In this document: positions 62,849 to 64,000 of the stretch, piece after piece | Layout of the letters: each line of letters opens with the position of its first letter | Numbering within the stretch: the first letter of the stretch is position 1 | Assembly (NCBI GenBank): GCA_950079155.1 | Contig: CATMWH010000003.1 | Coordinates: 103,739-167,738, forward strand | Length of the DNA stretch: 64,000 nucleotides | Source: an uncultured Christensenella sp. | GTDB taxonomy: Bacteria > Bacillota > Clostridia > Christensenellales > UBA3700 | Direction of reading: 5' to 3' | Program-made: the position numbers and the translations under genes | Notes under the pieces: generated by a model | Database searches by the model: none | What the model saw: the letters and a program-made list of their open reading frames with translations, nothing else | Told to the model about the DNA's origin: nothing

Positions 62849-64000
62849 ATGGAAAAAGAAATTATTTACGGAAAAAATTTGAAAAAAGAACATTTGAAGA
62901 ATAAAAAGCAGACGCATAAGTTTTCTAGAAAGCGCGTTGCTTTGGTTACTCTCGTTGGACTGCTTATAGTAACTGCGATATTAGGATCGGCGTTTGGGTG
63001 CTACGCTTTGGGCGTAAACTTTGCCAAGACGGTGATTACTTTAAATGAAGAAGATACTTTTCAGATTATGGAAGGTTTCGGCGCGTCGTCGGCGTGGGTA
63101 TATCAAGCGTTAGGTATATACGACAACGAAGATTTAAAAGACGAAACGATTGAAATGCTCTATGGCAACAGCGGACTGAGACTAAATACCTTCAGATACA
63201 ACATCGGCGCGGGCGGCGCGGAACTTGATTTATACGAGGATAAATTACGCGGCGCAGAAAGTTTTTTTATTGCGGATAGATTCAATGGCGATTACTCGGT
63301 GTTTTCCGATGTGAATAACTACGACTTCACAAGAGATAGTGGAGTGATGACGCTTTTTGAAAAGGCATTGGCTAGCGGAAATATCAAAGAAGTGGTATTT
63401 TTTGCAAATTCTCCTCACTATCTTATGACGCGCAACGGTAAGACGCACAGCGATGAGAAAAAGCAAAACAATCTCAAGTCGGAGTGCTATGAGGCTTATT
63501 GTCAGTATCTACTCGTCATTGTAGATTATTTGTATACCAATGTGATATGCAAATATGACCCTAATATCGCCGTGCGTATCTCTCCTGTCAATGAACCGCA
63601 GTGGGATTGGGGCGGAGAAGGCGCTTCTCAAGAGGGATGCCATTTTGACCCCAAAGACCTTGCTAAATTCTATGACGTATTTAATAATCAACTTACAGAT
63701 TACAACGAAAGCAAGTCTTTAAATTTTGCAATGGACATATTTGAGAGCGGAAATTACAAGATGAGAGATACCAAAGCGAAGGTGCAGACTTATATCAAAG
63801 AACTTGCAAAATACGATTGGTTTGCCGATTTGGGTTGCATATCGGTACATTCTTACGGAGTTAATCTTGAGGAGTTGGCTCGAGTCAGATTTCATAATTA
63901 CGTCAAAAATATTCACGGCGGAATTGATGTGAGAGTAAGCGAATATTGCGTTATGCAAGAAAAAGTAGACAGTGGTATAGATATGGGGATATACTCTGCA
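62849..64000 (+). CDS. Membrane-anchored glycoside hydrolase, GH30-like (3' end outside the window)
   Basis: I translated 384 codons with no stop up to the window edge (not in the ORF track). N-terminal TM VALVTLVGLLIVTAILGSAFG, then FQIMEGFGASSAW, RYNIGAGG, ISPVNEPQW (candidate acid/base Glu) and VSEYC (candidate nucleophile Glu). Confidence 0.65.
   Translation, partial: MEKEIIYGKNLKKEHLKNKKQTHKFSRKRVALVTLVGLLIVTAILGSAFGCYALGVNFAKTVITLNEEDTFQIMEGFGASSAWVYQALGIYDNEDLKDETIEMLYGNSGLRLNTFRYNIGAGGAELDLYEDKLRGAESFFIADRFNGDYSVFSDVNNYDFTRDSGVMTLFEKALASGNIKEVVFFANSPHYLMTRNGKTHSDEKKQNNLKSECYEAYCQYLLVIVDYLYTNVICKYDPNIAVRISPVNEPQWDWGGEGASQEGCHFDPKDLAKFYDVFNNQLTDYNESKSLNFAMDIFESGNYKMRDTKAKVQTYIKELAKYDWFADLGCISVHSYGVNLEELARVRFHNYVKNIHGGIDVRVSEYCVMQEKVDSGIDMGIYSA

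Noticed and set aside
1-64000. Search for prophage, IS or transposon genes, integrases, CRISPR arrays, toxin-antitoxin pairs, restriction-modification systems or known defence-system signatures.
   Set aside because: None was recognised on either strand. The accessory content is limited to lipoprotein and surface-protein genes, small regulators and short repeats, so I do not claim any defence or mobile system.

Overview
This 64-kb window looks like chromosomal DNA from a low-GC, Firmicutes/Clostridia-like bacterium, and most of it is core housekeeping. It starts with murB, a PHP phosphatase, whiA, dnaE and pfkA. A complete S10-spc-alpha ribosomal protein cluster follows (rpsJ to rplQ, including secY, adk, map, infA, rpoA and two sub-60-aa genes missing from the ORF track, rpmD and rpmJ). 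After that come an alpha/beta hydrolase, PPTase, acpP and phzF, then leuBDC, cdd, plsY, ychF and argS. The rest holds a MarR regulator with a heterodimeric ABC exporter, a TPP-riboswitch-controlled ThiT-like gene, a DEAD-box helicase, an XRE/cupin-potABCD operon and a 3'-truncated GH30-like gene. I found no rRNA, tRNA, CRISPR array, transposase, integrase or recognisable defence system. The parts worth a second look are small accessory islands and regulatory architecture:
- A three-copy tandem lipoprotein cassette array with patchwork gene conversion and one hypervariable patch.
- An XRE repressor with three palindromic operators controlling a 2x(2-TM)+BspA-type LRR membrane protein; the module is bracketed by copies of a dispersed ~30-nt repeat family.
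- A recurring TATAAT-N6-ATG geometry at five SD-less genes, suggesting leaderless mRNAs, including a 56-bp divergent interlocked promoter pair.
- A stand-alone paralogue of the RpoA C-terminal domain fused to WG repeats.
- A cytidine deaminase lacking one zinc ligand.
All functional calls rest on motif recognition by eye, not on database searches.
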